This document shows, piece by piece, positions 18,248-27,419 of a stretch of DNA of 64,000 nt; within the stretch, counting starts at the first letter, position 1; every line of letters starts with the position of its first letter. A program made the translations under genes and the position numbers. Source of the stretch: an uncultured Candidatus Saccharibacteria bacterium (lineage in GTDB: Bacteria; Patescibacteriota; Minisyncoccia; Phycocordibacterales; UBA6065); NCBI GenBank assembly GCA_964368835.1, contig CAYJCZ010000003.1, positions 153 through 64,152 of the forward strand, written 5' to 3'. The notes beneath the pieces are model-generated. The model was not told the DNA's origin, did no database searches, and saw nothing but the letters and a program-made list of their open reading frames with translations.

Positions 18248-19047
18248 TAATTCTTTGATTTATCTACTTGAACAAACCTAAACTCATGAATATTCATTGG
18301 AGCCTTAAACAATAAGGTCTGAAGAGAGTCAGAAGAATCAATAAGGATTTCTTCTACAACACCAAAAGCATGCGGACGAATTAGTGTGGTGATGATTGTA
18401 TCGCCCTTCTTTATTTTTATATCAGCAGGAAGCTCTGCGGAAAAATTTCCACCACCTCGCCCTGTAGCCAAAGTCTCAACCGTTGTTGATCCCACAAGGA
18501 TAGACATCTGTCTGCCTGGTGTAGAAAAAAGGCTCACCTTTGATGAATGCTCAAACACTTCTACAACATCACCTATGAGTGTATCGCCCGCTGTATAGAC
18601 CTTGTTGCCTGTCGAGATACCGTCAGAGCGTCCAATATCAATTACAAGTGTGTCATAGGGAGTAACTGGTGGTCGAGATAAAATTACCCCAAGCACATCA
18701 TCGCCTTGTCCTGTTCTGCCGTGGCTTTTCTTGAGCTCTTCATTTTCTTTACGCAGTACATCAAGCAAGAGCATCGAGGCATCTCTTGAAGAAATTTCAT
18801 CAGAAAGCCTTTTATTCTCCTTAATCAGGGAATATTTTGACTGAACAATCTTTCCCATCCGTACAAACCATCCGACGCTCGATGATTCAGTTTTCCAAAA
18901 CACTGTTGTAATTGGATAAAGAACTGAAGGGAAAAATCTTGGAAAGAAAAAATTTATAGTAAAGATAACTATAATAGCGACGATTACCGCAATCGTTCGA
19001 GTTCGAGATCTCTTACCGTGGATATTACTTCGCTTTAGGTAGGTCAT
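18247..19047 (-). CDS. mreC: Rod shape-determining protein MreC
   Basis: N-terminal TM helix, coiled-coil, beta-rich C-domain. Start overlaps mreB. Confidence 0.75.
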   Translation of the reverse strand: MTYLKRSNIHGKRSRTRTIAVIVAIIVIFTINFFFPRFFPSVLYPITTVFWKTESSSVGWFVRMGKIVQSKYSLIKENKRLSDEISSRDASMLLLDVLRKENEELKKSHGRTGQGDDVLGVILSRPPVTPYDTLVIDIGRSDGISTGNKVYTAGDTLIGDVVEVFEHSSKVSLFSTPGRQMSILVGSTTVETLATGRGGGNFSAELPADIKIKKGDTIITTLIRPHAFGVVEEILIDSSDSLQTLLFKAPMNIHEFRFVQVDKSKN

Positions 19048-20092
19048 CTTCGTTTACAATGAGCACATCACGATACTTTTCTAGATCTTCGAGAATAATA
19101 CCAGCACCACGAGCCACAGCTGTAAGAGGATCATCGGCGATATGAACAGGAATCTTTACAAACTCCTCAATAAGCTTATCCAATCCACGTATCAAAGCCC
19201 CTCCACCAACAAGATGAATTCCTCTATGCATAATATCTGCCAAAATCTCAGGTGGTGTTGTCTCAAGCACCTCTTTCACTGAATCAACAAGGTTATCAAT
19301 AGACTGTGAAACCGCCTCTCGAATGTCAGCATCAGTCAAAACGACTTCACGTGGAAGACCCGTTACAAGGTCACGACCTCGAATCGCTGCCTCATGTGGC
19401 ATCTCGTCTGGAACAATAACTCCAATTGCGATCTTTACATCCTCTGCGGTTTTTTCACCAATAAGGATTTTAAATTCATTTCTAATATAAGAAATAATAT
19501 CGTTATTGAGTTTATCGCCCGCTATTTTAAGCGACTTAGATCGCACGACTCCGCCCAAAGATATAACTGCAATATCTGTCGTACCTCCACCAATATCAAT
19601 AACCATATTTCCTGCCGGGTCGTGAATAGGAAGTTTGATGCCAATCGCGGCTGCCATTGGTTGCTCAACCACGTGAACCTCTCGAGCTCCTGCATTTTTT
19701 GTCGCATCTCGCACAGCACGAGCTTCGACGTTGGTGACACCTGATGGGATACCAACGATTACACGAGGACCAAAGAATTTTTTCTTGGCCTCATTTTGCG
19801 CTTTATTAATAAGATATACGATCATTTCTTCTGCTACTTCGAAATCTGAAATCACACCGTCAACAAGTGGCCGCACTGCTGCGATATGTCCAGGAGTACG
19901 TCCAAGCATGTCTTTTGCCTGTGTACCTACAGCAACAACACGCCCGGTCTTTTGATTGACCGCTACAACCGAAGGCTCGTTTATCACAATCCCCTGACCC
20001 TTAACATAGACCAGCGTGTTAGCCGTACCGAGGTCAATGCCGATATCGTGTGAAAACGCGCTGTAAATTTTATCTAAAAAGCCTTTTGCCAT
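19025..20092 (-). CDS. mreB: Rod shape-determining protein MreB
   Basis: IGIDLGTANTLVYVKGQGIV...DIGGGTTD actin-fold motifs. Confidence 0.9.
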   Translation of the reverse strand: MAKGFLDKIYSAFSHDIGIDLGTANTLVYVKGQGIVINEPSVVAVNQKTGRVVAVGTQAKDMLGRTPGHIAAVRPLVDGVISDFEVAEEMIVYLINKAQNEAKKKFFGPRVIVGIPSGVTNVEARAVRDATKNAGAREVHVVEQPMAAAIGIKLPIHDPAGNMVIDIGGGTTDIAVISLGGVVRSKSLKIAGDKLNNDIISYIRNEFKILIGEKTAEDVKIAIGVIVPDEMPHEAAIRGRDLVTGLPREVVLTDADIREAVSQSIDNLVDSVKEVLETTPPEILADIMHRGIHLVGGGALIRGLDKLIEEFVKIPVHIADDPLTAVARGAGIILEDLEKYRDVLIVNEDDLPKAK

Positions 20093-20095
20093 GTA

Positions 20096-21352
20096 TTAAT
20101 TCTTCAATCTAAGCACAAGCTCCTCTTTTGTCACCATAGACACTTCGCCAGTTTTGCGCTCCTTTACTTCGAGCTTTCCTCCTGCAGCGAGCGTTTTATC
20201 TGAAATAACAGCCCGAAGTGGAATACCAATAAGGTCTGAATCAGCAAATTTTTCTCCCGGTCGAGCATCTCGATCATCAAACAATACTTCTATACCCATT
20301 TTTGTAAGATCCTCATAGAGTTTGATTGCCTCTTTCTCTGTTTCACTTCCCGGCTTACCAAGCGTAATGAGATGAAGCTTGAATGGAGCAACTTCCTTTG
20401 GCCACACGATGCCGTCTTTATCTGAAAGCACTTCAACAATAGTTCCCATCACTCGTCCTGGACCAATTCCGTATGAACCCATCACAACAGGCTTCTTTGT
20501 ACCGTCTTCTGCAACATATGAAAGTTCAAAAGCGTCCGAGAACTTTGTACCGAGGCTAAATATATTTCCAACTTCAACCGCCTTCATTTCTTTAAGATCA
20601 GATTTCTTTACACCAAGGTCAGCCAGTACTTCTTCTGTAAGTACTTCCTTGTTAACAGCGATTTTCTTGCCCTCGTGAACATAGATAAGATCCTCACCAG
20701 CATCCGTCACAGTCTGGAATTCATGAGAATATTTTGAAAAGCTTCCTCCAGATGCAAACGTCACATATGTTTTATCACCTAGACCAAGACGCTCAAACAC
20801 TCGAATATACGCCTGTTTTGCTTTTTCATAAAAGACCTCGTGTTCCTTTGCGTCTCTCGAGAAAGAATATAGATCCTTCATTAGAAACTCGCGCCCTCGC
20901 ATGATTCCTGACTTTGCTCGCTCTTCATTTCTAAACTTTGTCTGAAACTGATATGCAGCACGAGGCAAATCTCGATATGAATGAATGTAATCACGCATGA
21001 GGTTGGTAAGAGGCTCCTCATGAGTAAAGCCAAGTCCAACTTCGGTGCCAGACTTAAGCTTTGTTTTAAACCAGTTATCAACAACATCGTCTGACCATCG
21101 TCCTGTCTTTTCCCAAACTTTCTTATCCTGAAGTGCAGTGAGAATCATTTCCTGTCCACCGATTGCATTCATCTCCTGGCGAATCACCTCCACAATTTTA
21201 TTCAAAACACGAAGACCGAGCGGCAAAAACACATACGCACCGGCCATTTCCTTATAAATATAGCCAGCTCGAATAAGAAGCTGTGCGTTTTTTGAGACTT
21301 CGTCTTTAGGAGCCTCTTTTCGAGTCTTGGTAAATAGGTGGCTTTGTCGCAT
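20096..21352 (-). CDS. proS: Prolyl-tRNA synthetase, bacterial-type N-terminus but lacking the INS editing domain
   Basis: MRQSHLFTKTRKEAPKDEVSKNAQLLIRAGYI..., motif 2 FRNEERAKSGIMRGREFLMKDLYSF, and SHEFQ. Only about 35 aa separate GED from VGNIFSLGTKFS, where E. coli ProRS carries roughly 180 aa of INS. The internal ATG at 21352 is preferred over the ORF-track start. Confidence 0.8.
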   Translation of the reverse strand: MRQSHLFTKTRKEAPKDEVSKNAQLLIRAGYIYKEMAGAYVFLPLGLRVLNKIVEVIRQEMNAIGGQEMILTALQDKKVWEKTGRWSDDVVDNWFKTKLKSGTEVGLGFTHEEPLTNLMRDYIHSYRDLPRAAYQFQTKFRNEERAKSGIMRGREFLMKDLYSFSRDAKEHEVFYEKAKQAYIRVFERLGLGDKTYVTFASGGSFSKYSHEFQTVTDAGEDLIYVHEGKKIAVNKEVLTEEVLADLGVKKSDLKEMKAVEVGNIFSLGTKFSDAFELSYVAEDGTKKPVVMGSYGIGPGRVMGTIVEVLSDKDGIVWPKEVAPFKLHLITLGKPGSETEKEAIKLYEDLTKMGIEVLFDDRDARPGEKFADSDLIGIPLRAVISDKTLAAGGKLEVKERKTGEVSMVTKEELVLRLKN

Positions 21353-21566
21353 AGAAATATAGGTCTCTACAAGGTTAATACGCCAATAATAGCCTATATT
21401 TTCAGGGTTTGTAAGTAGGTTGACTTTTAGTGAAATTAATGCTATTATTAACATAGATAGTGATCTTCCCTACACCTATCTAAACTACTGTGTTTACGAT
21501 CGACCGAAATCGAACGTAAGGCCTGAAGCCCTGTAGTTTCTGAACGGGAAAATGGAACATTGAAAA

Positions 21567-22172
21567 ATGAATGCACGCACGGTTATCGCAAAAGCCAACA
21601 TGAATGATAGTCAGCTGAATCACATGTCAACAGAATGGAAGAGGAATACAGCTTGCCAAAACAATCCAGTCGTTGATGTTTACCATGCTCAAAAGGCATT
21701 GTATAAAACAATCGCATGGATCTTCGGTGTAATACTCGGTATTGGACTATACATCTACATCGTACCGGAAATGGACCAGGAGTTTACCTGGGAAGAGCTG
21801 GTGTGGTGGATGTCTGTGGTACTGATAGTCGCCTCTGCTGTTATGGCTGCTCTCACACACCTACGAGCTGAGTGGCCTCGCAGGAACGCAAAGTCGTTTA
21901 TCCAAACATTGTCAGTGATAGAACATCATCTGGACTATACGAATGATGGAGGCGACTTAACGTTTTGGAACCTTGGGGATTATGATGAGACAAAGTGGCG
22001 TAGAGTTGCCAAGGAGATTCTTAAACCCATGACTGATGCTGTGAAAGGACATGAGAAGTTTGCGTGGCATCAGGAAACGGCAAAGAAGCTGAAGAAAGAA
22101 TTTGAGACCACCCACAGCCGTCTGGTATGGGTTGGACTCGCAGACAGGAATCGTGATATTTATTGGCAGTAA
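21567..22172 (+). CDS. Hypothetical 2-TM protein with atypical composition
   Basis: 201 aa with two TM helices and a roughly 100-aa soluble tail. Visibly higher GC and ctg/gtg/tgg/agg codon use than its neighbours. Followed by a terminator. Confidence 0.5.
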   Translation: MNARTVIAKANMNDSQLNHMSTEWKRNTACQNNPVVDVYHAQKALYKTIAWIFGVILGIGLYIYIVPEMDQEFTWEELVWWMSVVLIVASAVMAALTHLRAEWPRRNAKSFIQTLSVIEHHLDYTNDGGDLTFWNLGDYDETKWRRVAKEILKPMTDAVKGHEKFAWHQETAKKLKKEFETTHSRLVWVGLADRNRDIYWQ

Positions 22173-22184
22173 TTGCCAACTCGA

Positions 22185-22217
22185 AGTCGAGGCGCGCAAG
22201 CGACTCGACTTTTTTTA
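22185..22217 (+). terminator. Rho-independent terminator
   Basis: AGTCGAG-loop-CTCGACT followed by TTTTTTT. Confidence 0.55.
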
Positions 22218-22218
22218 T

Positions 22219-23310
22219 TTAGAAAAGCTTCGCAATATCCTTATACGTCACGAAAAGCATAAATACGATCAGTATTCCAAATCCAATAGCATTTATAGTA
22301 TTAGAAATTTTTGGAGAAATTGCCTTTCTGCGGATTGCCTCGATGATGACAAAAAGTATTCGCCCGCCATCAAGCGCCGGAAACGGCACAAGGTTAAGCA
22401 CCGCCAAGTTAAGTGAAATAAATGCTGTGAAAGAAAGTAGGTATACAAATCCGAGCCGGCCTGCATCACCAACAAGACGTGCAATTCCTACAGGACCTGA
22501 AACTTGAGAAAGATCAGCTTCTCCTAATACCGCATCATGAATAAGTCCATAGAGACCCTGCACAATATTTATAAACATCGTTCCTGTAAGCTTTGCTCCT
22601 TCCCAGAATGCGAGGAAAAACGGAAGACTTACCTTGCCTACCACATCCATCGATATACCTACAGCATAATTATCACCAAGCACACCTTTTTCTGGAGTGA
22701 TCTCGACATACGCAGGACCAGTTAGTCTTTGAATCTCAAAAGCAATATTTTTACCCTCTGATGCTTTAATAGCTGCCTGAATACCCTCTACAGTAGATGA
22801 GGTTGTCGTTGCACCAGCAATTGAATACGAAAGAATTTCATCACCAGGGATAAGACCCGCTTTCTTTGCAGGAGAGTTCGGCAGCGCATCCAAAACAATC
22901 ACATGCTTTTCAGTAATGTATTTTTCATTTGCCTCAGAAACCCCCATGGTCATTCCCGACATAAATCCAATTGAGAAGAGCACCCATGCGAGCGCAATAT
23001 TCATAATGACACCGGCAGCGAGGATTATTACCTGTACCCAACGAGGCTTGTTTACAAAGCTTCGAGCGCTGTCTGGACCTGAGATAGATTCGTCATCGGG
23101 ATTCTCACCAAAGATTTTTACGAATCCACCAAAAGGTATCGCGTTTATAGAATACAGAGTGCCGTTCCACATTTTTCCAAAAAGCTTTGGAGGAAATCCA
23201 AGACCAAACTCATCTACGCGCACACCTGATTTCTTTGCAGCGTAAAAATGTCCAAACTCATGGACTAATACGAGAATTGCGAGTATTACGAAAAAGAGAA
23301 TGATGTACAA
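22219..23310 (-). CDS. rseP: Site-2 protease RseP/RasP (M50 zinc metalloprotease with PDZ)
   Basis: HEFGH in the first TM helix, a PDZ insert, and LDGG downstream. Confidence 0.85.
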   Translation of the reverse strand: MYIILFFVILAILVLVHEFGHFYAAKKSGVRVDEFGLGFPPKLFGKMWNGTLYSINAIPFGGFVKIFGENPDDESISGPDSARSFVNKPRWVQVIILAAGVIMNIALAWVLFSIGFMSGMTMGVSEANEKYITEKHVIVLDALPNSPAKKAGLIPGDEILSYSIAGATTTSSTVEGIQAAIKASEGKNIAFEIQRLTGPAYVEITPEKGVLGDNYAVGISMDVVGKVSLPFFLAFWEGAKLTGTMFINIVQGLYGLIHDAVLGEADLSQVSGPVGIARLVGDAGRLGFVYLLSFTAFISLNLAVLNLVPFPALDGGRILFVIIEAIRRKAISPKISNTINAIGFGILIVFMLFVTYKDIAKLF

Positions 23311-23317
23311 AGTGGTA

Positions 23318-23869
23318 TTAGCTTAGAATTTCTTTTTCTTTCTTGTCCATGAGGTCAGTAAGTTTCTTTGTTGATTCATCAATAAACTTCTGTGCTTCTG
23401 CCTTAAAACGAAACTTCTCATCCTCACCCATTCCCCCTTCTTTTTCCTTTTCTTCAATATCAGAATTTATATCGTCACGATGCTTTCGTAGCTGTATTCG
23501 TGCCTGCTCAAACTTTTCCTTTGCCATCTTTACGATTTCCTTTCGGCGCTCAGAAGTAAGTTCTGGAAATGATACACGTACACCCTTATCGTCCACAGAG
23601 ACAGACACACCGAGGTTTGCAACGGTAATAGATTTTTCGATTGATTTAACAAGACCCTGATCCCATGGAGTAAGTCTGATAGTGCGAGGACCTTCAGCAA
23701 GTATTGATGCGACCTGATTAAGAGGCATATCAGAGCCATATGCTTCGGTTCGCACGCCGTCGAGTATAGACGGATTCGCCTGACTCGTTCGGATGGTTGA
23801 AAGCTCCTTTTGTAGCCAGCTTTCTGTCGTGGTGAGGTCAGTTTTCAGTTTTGTGAAGTTATATTGCAT
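23318..23869 (-). CDS. frr: Ribosome recycling factor
   Basis: The internal start MQYNFTKLKTDL... gives a typical 183-aa RRF. The ORF-track start adds a 52-aa non-homologous leader. Confidence 0.85.
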   Translation of the reverse strand: MQYNFTKLKTDLTTTESWLQKELSTIRTSQANPSILDGVRTEAYGSDMPLNQVASILAEGPRTIRLTPWDQGLVKSIEKSITVANLGVSVSVDDKGVRVSFPELTSERRKEIVKMAKEKFEQARIQLRKHRDDINSDIEEKEKEGGMGEDEKFRFKAEAQKFIDESTKKLTDLMDKKEKEILS

Positions 23870-23900
23870 TGGGTAAATATACCACAAACCAAGGCTTTTT

Positions 23901-24542
23901 CTAGAGATCGAGTAGTGCTGTACGTTCAAGAATAAGTTTAAGCGACGAAGATCGATCCTTAAGGTATTTAATAAGTGAAAGTATCTCTCGAACCGCTTCC
24001 ATCTTGCCCTCCTTATGAAGTTCACCTACCACTGCTTGCAGGAAGTTTTCAACTTTAGCTTTATCTTTCTCCTCTATAAACGGCGCCACAAATTCAAGAC
24101 GGGACTTCGGAGACATGGGTATAAATTTCCGAGCCTCACCTTTCATATCACTTTTGGCAGCTGATGCATGTGTCACTACAACCATACGCGATCGAAGTGT
24201 AGGTAAAAGAATTCGTTGTGAAGATGAAATGACAAAAAAATGAGTCCCCGGCGTTGGCTCTTCAAAAACTTTAAGAAGAGAGTTCTGCGCCTCACTCGTT
24301 ATGCTCCCAATAGTTAGAATGAAAATCTTTTTATCCCCCATCACCGGTCGAAGCGACTGCATTTCCTGAAGACCGCGACCCTCATCAATACCAAATGATT
24401 CATGATGAGCAAAATGAACATCAGGATTACCCTGGCGTGAAATCTTGAATGCATCCATGAGAAATGCTTCAAGCTCAGCTAAAACAGCAGTTTTCTCGCC
24501 TTCGATAAAGTATGCGTGATGAAGTGAGTCCTTTGAAAACAT
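23901..24542 (-). CDS. holB: Short DNA polymerase III delta-prime-like subunit (AAA+ clamp-loader subunit)
   Basis: HHAYFIEGEK...FEEPTPGTHFFVISSSQRILLPTLRSRM is the SRC-like motif of clamp-loader subunits. Only about 213 aa. Confidence 0.55.
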   Translation of the reverse strand: MFSKDSLHHAYFIEGEKTAVLAELEAFLMDAFKISRQGNPDVHFAHHESFGIDEGRGLQEMQSLRPVMGDKKIFILTIGSITSEAQNSLLKVFEEPTPGTHFFVISSSQRILLPTLRSRMVVVTHASAAKSDMKGEARKFIPMSPKSRLEFVAPFIEEKDKAKVENFLQAVVGELHKEGKMEAVREILSLIKYLKDRSSSLKLILERTALLDL

Positions 24543-24606
24543 AGTAAAGAGTATACCAAAGTAAAAAGGGCTCGACCGTAGTCGAGCCCTTTTTACAGAT
24601 ACACAG

Positions 24607-25620
24607 TTATCTTTTGGCAATGATGGTCCTCTTGTATACGTCCAAGTGTTCAAGTGCAATGCCGGTACCTTTTGCCACACAGTAGAGAGGATCTTCAGCA
24701 AGAATCGCCTTTACGCCCGTACGACGGAAAACGAGTTCAGGAAGATTTCGAAGCATAGATGATCCGCCGGTCATGATAATGCCGTGATCGATGATATCCG
24801 CAGCGAGCTCAGGAGGAGTTTCCTGGAGCACATCCTTGATCGCTTTAATCATGTCACGAAGTTCACGACCGATTGCCTTTACGATTTCGTTTGTCTTAAT
24901 TTCTGTTGAGCGAGGAAGGCCTGAAATAAAATCACGCCCTTTGATTATCATAGTGAGCTCTTCTTCAAGTGGAACCGCTGAACCAATATTGATTTTTATG
25001 TCCTCAGCAGTTTTGTCTCCAATAGCGAGATTAAAAGTTTTCTTTATATAGTCAGCGATTGCGGCATCGATTCTGTTACCTGCACATTTTACTGATGTAG
25101 ATGCAACAATTCCTCCAAGCGAGATTACGGCAACGTCTGTTGTTCCTCCACCAATATCAACAACCATATGCCCTTGAGCCTCTTGAATTGGAATGCCTGC
25201 GCCAATAGCAGCAAGAATGGGCTCCTTTACAACATAAGCACTCTTTGCACCTGCTCGAACCGCAGCTTCAACGACCGCACGACGCTCTGTTGATGTAATA
25301 CCCGCTGGAACAGATACGAGAACCTCTGGTTTCCAAATATTCCACTTACCAAGTGCCTTATCGATGAAATATCGAAGCATCGCCTCGGTCACTCGATAAT
25401 CGGCAATTACGCCGTCTTTCATGGGACGGTACGCGATGATTGACTCAGGTGTTCGACCAATCATGTTTTTCGCCTCAACACCCACAGCAAGAATTTTGTT
25501 GTCCTGCTCTGAAACAGCGACCACAGAAGGCTCATTAAGCACGATGCCTTTACCAGGCAAAAATACTAGAGTGTTTGCAGTTCCTAGATCTATTCCGAGT
25601 TTCTTTGCAAATAAAGCCAT
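24607..25620 (-). CDS. mbl: Second MreB/Mbl-family actin homolog
   Basis: MALFAKKLGIDLGTANTLVFLPGKGIV...DIGGGTTDVAV. A paralog of the mreB at 19025..20092. Confidence 0.85.
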   Translation of the reverse strand: MALFAKKLGIDLGTANTLVFLPGKGIVLNEPSVVAVSEQDNKILAVGVEAKNMIGRTPESIIAYRPMKDGVIADYRVTEAMLRYFIDKALGKWNIWKPEVLVSVPAGITSTERRAVVEAAVRAGAKSAYVVKEPILAAIGAGIPIQEAQGHMVVDIGGGTTDVAVISLGGIVASTSVKCAGNRIDAAIADYIKKTFNLAIGDKTAEDIKINIGSAVPLEEELTMIIKGRDFISGLPRSTEIKTNEIVKAIGRELRDMIKAIKDVLQETPPELAADIIDHGIIMTGGSSMLRNLPELVFRRTGVKAILAEDPLYCVAKGTGIALEHLDVYKRTIIAKR

Positions 25621-25705
25621 ATGTGGCCATACTATACGCTTTTTTGAGCCGATTGCGATAGTTGACAAGCAATTTAAACAGTAGCATTTTTTGTTTATCC
25701 ACAAC

Positions 25706-25735
25706 TTGAAATAAACATAGCGTATATGCTATACT
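25706..25735 (+). promoter_or_regulatory. Candidate sigma70 promoter for murA (TTGAAA, 18-nt spacer, TATACT)
   Basis: Lies in the divergent intergenic region about 27 nt upstream of the murA ATG. Confidence 0.35.
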
Positions 25736-25761
25736 TATTCTATTACCCCTATAGATTTACC

Positions 25762-27315
25762 ATGGCTAAAAAAGTAAACAAAGAGACCGGATCTGCCGCA
25801 CTTTCGGCAATTGGAAACATGATCGCTCGCCTTCGAGAAGACCGCCACATGACCCAGGCTGAGCTTGGCGAGAAAACTGGTACCACTCAGTCGGTTATTG
25901 CTCGTATAGAAAAAGGTGAACAGAACCTTTCGACAGAAACGCTCGCAAAACTCTCAAAGGCTCTCAACCACGAAATCATTTCTATCTCGAAAGGTGGTAC
26001 GGTGAATTTTCGTATAGAAGGAGGACGAAAGCTTTCGGGCACTATAAAAGTTAGAACTTCTAAAAATGGTGCGCTTGGCGTTATGTGCGCTTCCCTTCTT
26101 AATCACGGTACAACAACAATTAAAAACGCTCCGAAAATTGAGGAAGTGTTTCGAATTATCGAAGTTCTTGAATCGATTGGTGTAAAGGTTGCGTGGAAAC
26201 AAAATGATCTTGTAATCACACCTCCTGAAAAACTCGACCTCAAAAATATCGCAGACAAATCCGGTGCAGGAACTCGAACACGATCTTGCATCATGCTCAT
26301 CGGTTCCCTCCTCCACGTATCTAAGGACTTTAAAATTACTCAACCAGGTGGATGCAGGCTTGGTGCGCGTACAGTTAAGCCTTATTTTTACGCACTGGAT
26401 CAGATTGGTGCTCACATAGAAACTACATCGGATCACTATCACATTACTCACTCAGGCCTTAAAAAGGATCGAGAGATTATCATGGATGAAGCAGGTGATA
26501 CCGTGACTGAAACAACACTTATGGCTGCGGCGCTTATTCCAGGTAAGACAACAATTAAATTTGCTTCTGCAAACTATCAGGTTCAAGACGTTTGTTTCTA
26601 TCTTGAGCAACTCGGCGTCAAAGTAGACGGCATTGGAACATCGACGATGACGGTTCACGGCATTCAGGGACCGATTAACAAAGACGTGGAGTATTTTCTT
26701 TCAGAAGATCCTATCGAGGCAATGTCTCTTATTGCTACCGCTATCGTGACAAAATCTTCTATCACGATTGAAAGATGTTCAATCAACTTTCTCTCGCTTG
26801 AGTTATTGAAGCTCAAGAATATGGGATTTAAGTACAAAATCCTTAAGAAATACAAGGCTGATAATGGCAGGACTGATCTTGTAGATATACAGACCCTTCC
26901 TTCAAAACTTAAGGCGCTTGATGAAAAGATTCACGCTCAACCATATCCGGGAATTAATATGGATAACCTTCCCTTCTTTGCAATTATCGGCACTCAGGCA
27001 GAAGGAGAAACATTTATCCATGATTGGGTATACGAGGAACGCGCAATATATTACAAAGAACTCGACAAGATGCGCGCAGAAACCATTCTCGCTGATCCAC
27101 ACCGATTCTATGTAAAAGGTCCTACAAAATTAAAGGCAACAGAAATCGTTTGCCCTCCTGCACTTCGCCCATCGGTGATTATAATGATTGGAATGCTTGC
27201 TGCAGAAGGCACATCAGTGCTCCGAAACGTCTATAACATCAATCGAGGATACGAAGATCTTGCCGCAAGACTTAATGCTCTTGGTGCAAAGATAGAAGTA
27301 TTCCGAGATCTCTAA
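25762..27315 (+). CDS. murA: UDP-N-acetylglucosamine 1-carboxyvinyltransferase with an N-terminal XRE-type helix-turn-helix domain
   Basis: N-terminal MTQAELGEKTGTTQSVIARIEKGEQNLSTETLAKLSKAL is a Cro/C1-type HTH. The MurA body follows from FRIEGGRKLSGTIKVRTSKNGAL to ...NINRGYEDLAARLNALGAKIEV. Confidence 0.85.
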   Translation: MAKKVNKETGSAALSAIGNMIARLREDRHMTQAELGEKTGTTQSVIARIEKGEQNLSTETLAKLSKALNHEIISISKGGTVNFRIEGGRKLSGTIKVRTSKNGALGVMCASLLNHGTTTIKNAPKIEEVFRIIEVLESIGVKVAWKQNDLVITPPEKLDLKNIADKSGAGTRTRSCIMLIGSLLHVSKDFKITQPGGCRLGARTVKPYFYALDQIGAHIETTSDHYHITHSGLKKDREIIMDEAGDTVTETTLMAAALIPGKTTIKFASANYQVQDVCFYLEQLGVKVDGIGTSTMTVHGIQGPINKDVEYFLSEDPIEAMSLIATAIVTKSSITIERCSINFLSLELLKLKNMGFKYKILKKYKADNGRTDLVDIQTLPSKLKALDEKIHAQPYPGINMDNLPFFAIIGTQAEGETFIHDWVYEERAIYYKELDKMRAETILADPHRFYVKGPTKLKATEIVCPPALRPSVIIMIGMLAAEGTSVLRNVYNINRGYEDLAARLNALGAKIEVFRDL

Positions 27316-27419
27316 GAAAAAGCGTCCTGGTGTTTCCGGGACGCTTTTTTGCTATATTTTACCCTGCATGGCATATTGCTTGCCTTTGACTGCATTGTGC
27401 GGATAAATAGAAACTACAG

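Noticed and set aside
23869-24025. Long N-terminal extensions given by the ORF track for frr, holB-like, the second mreB, proS, typA, hpf and murA
   Set aside because: Homologous sequence begins at internal Met codons. The upstream residues are non-homologous and would overlap neighbouring genes or promoters. I used the internal starts.
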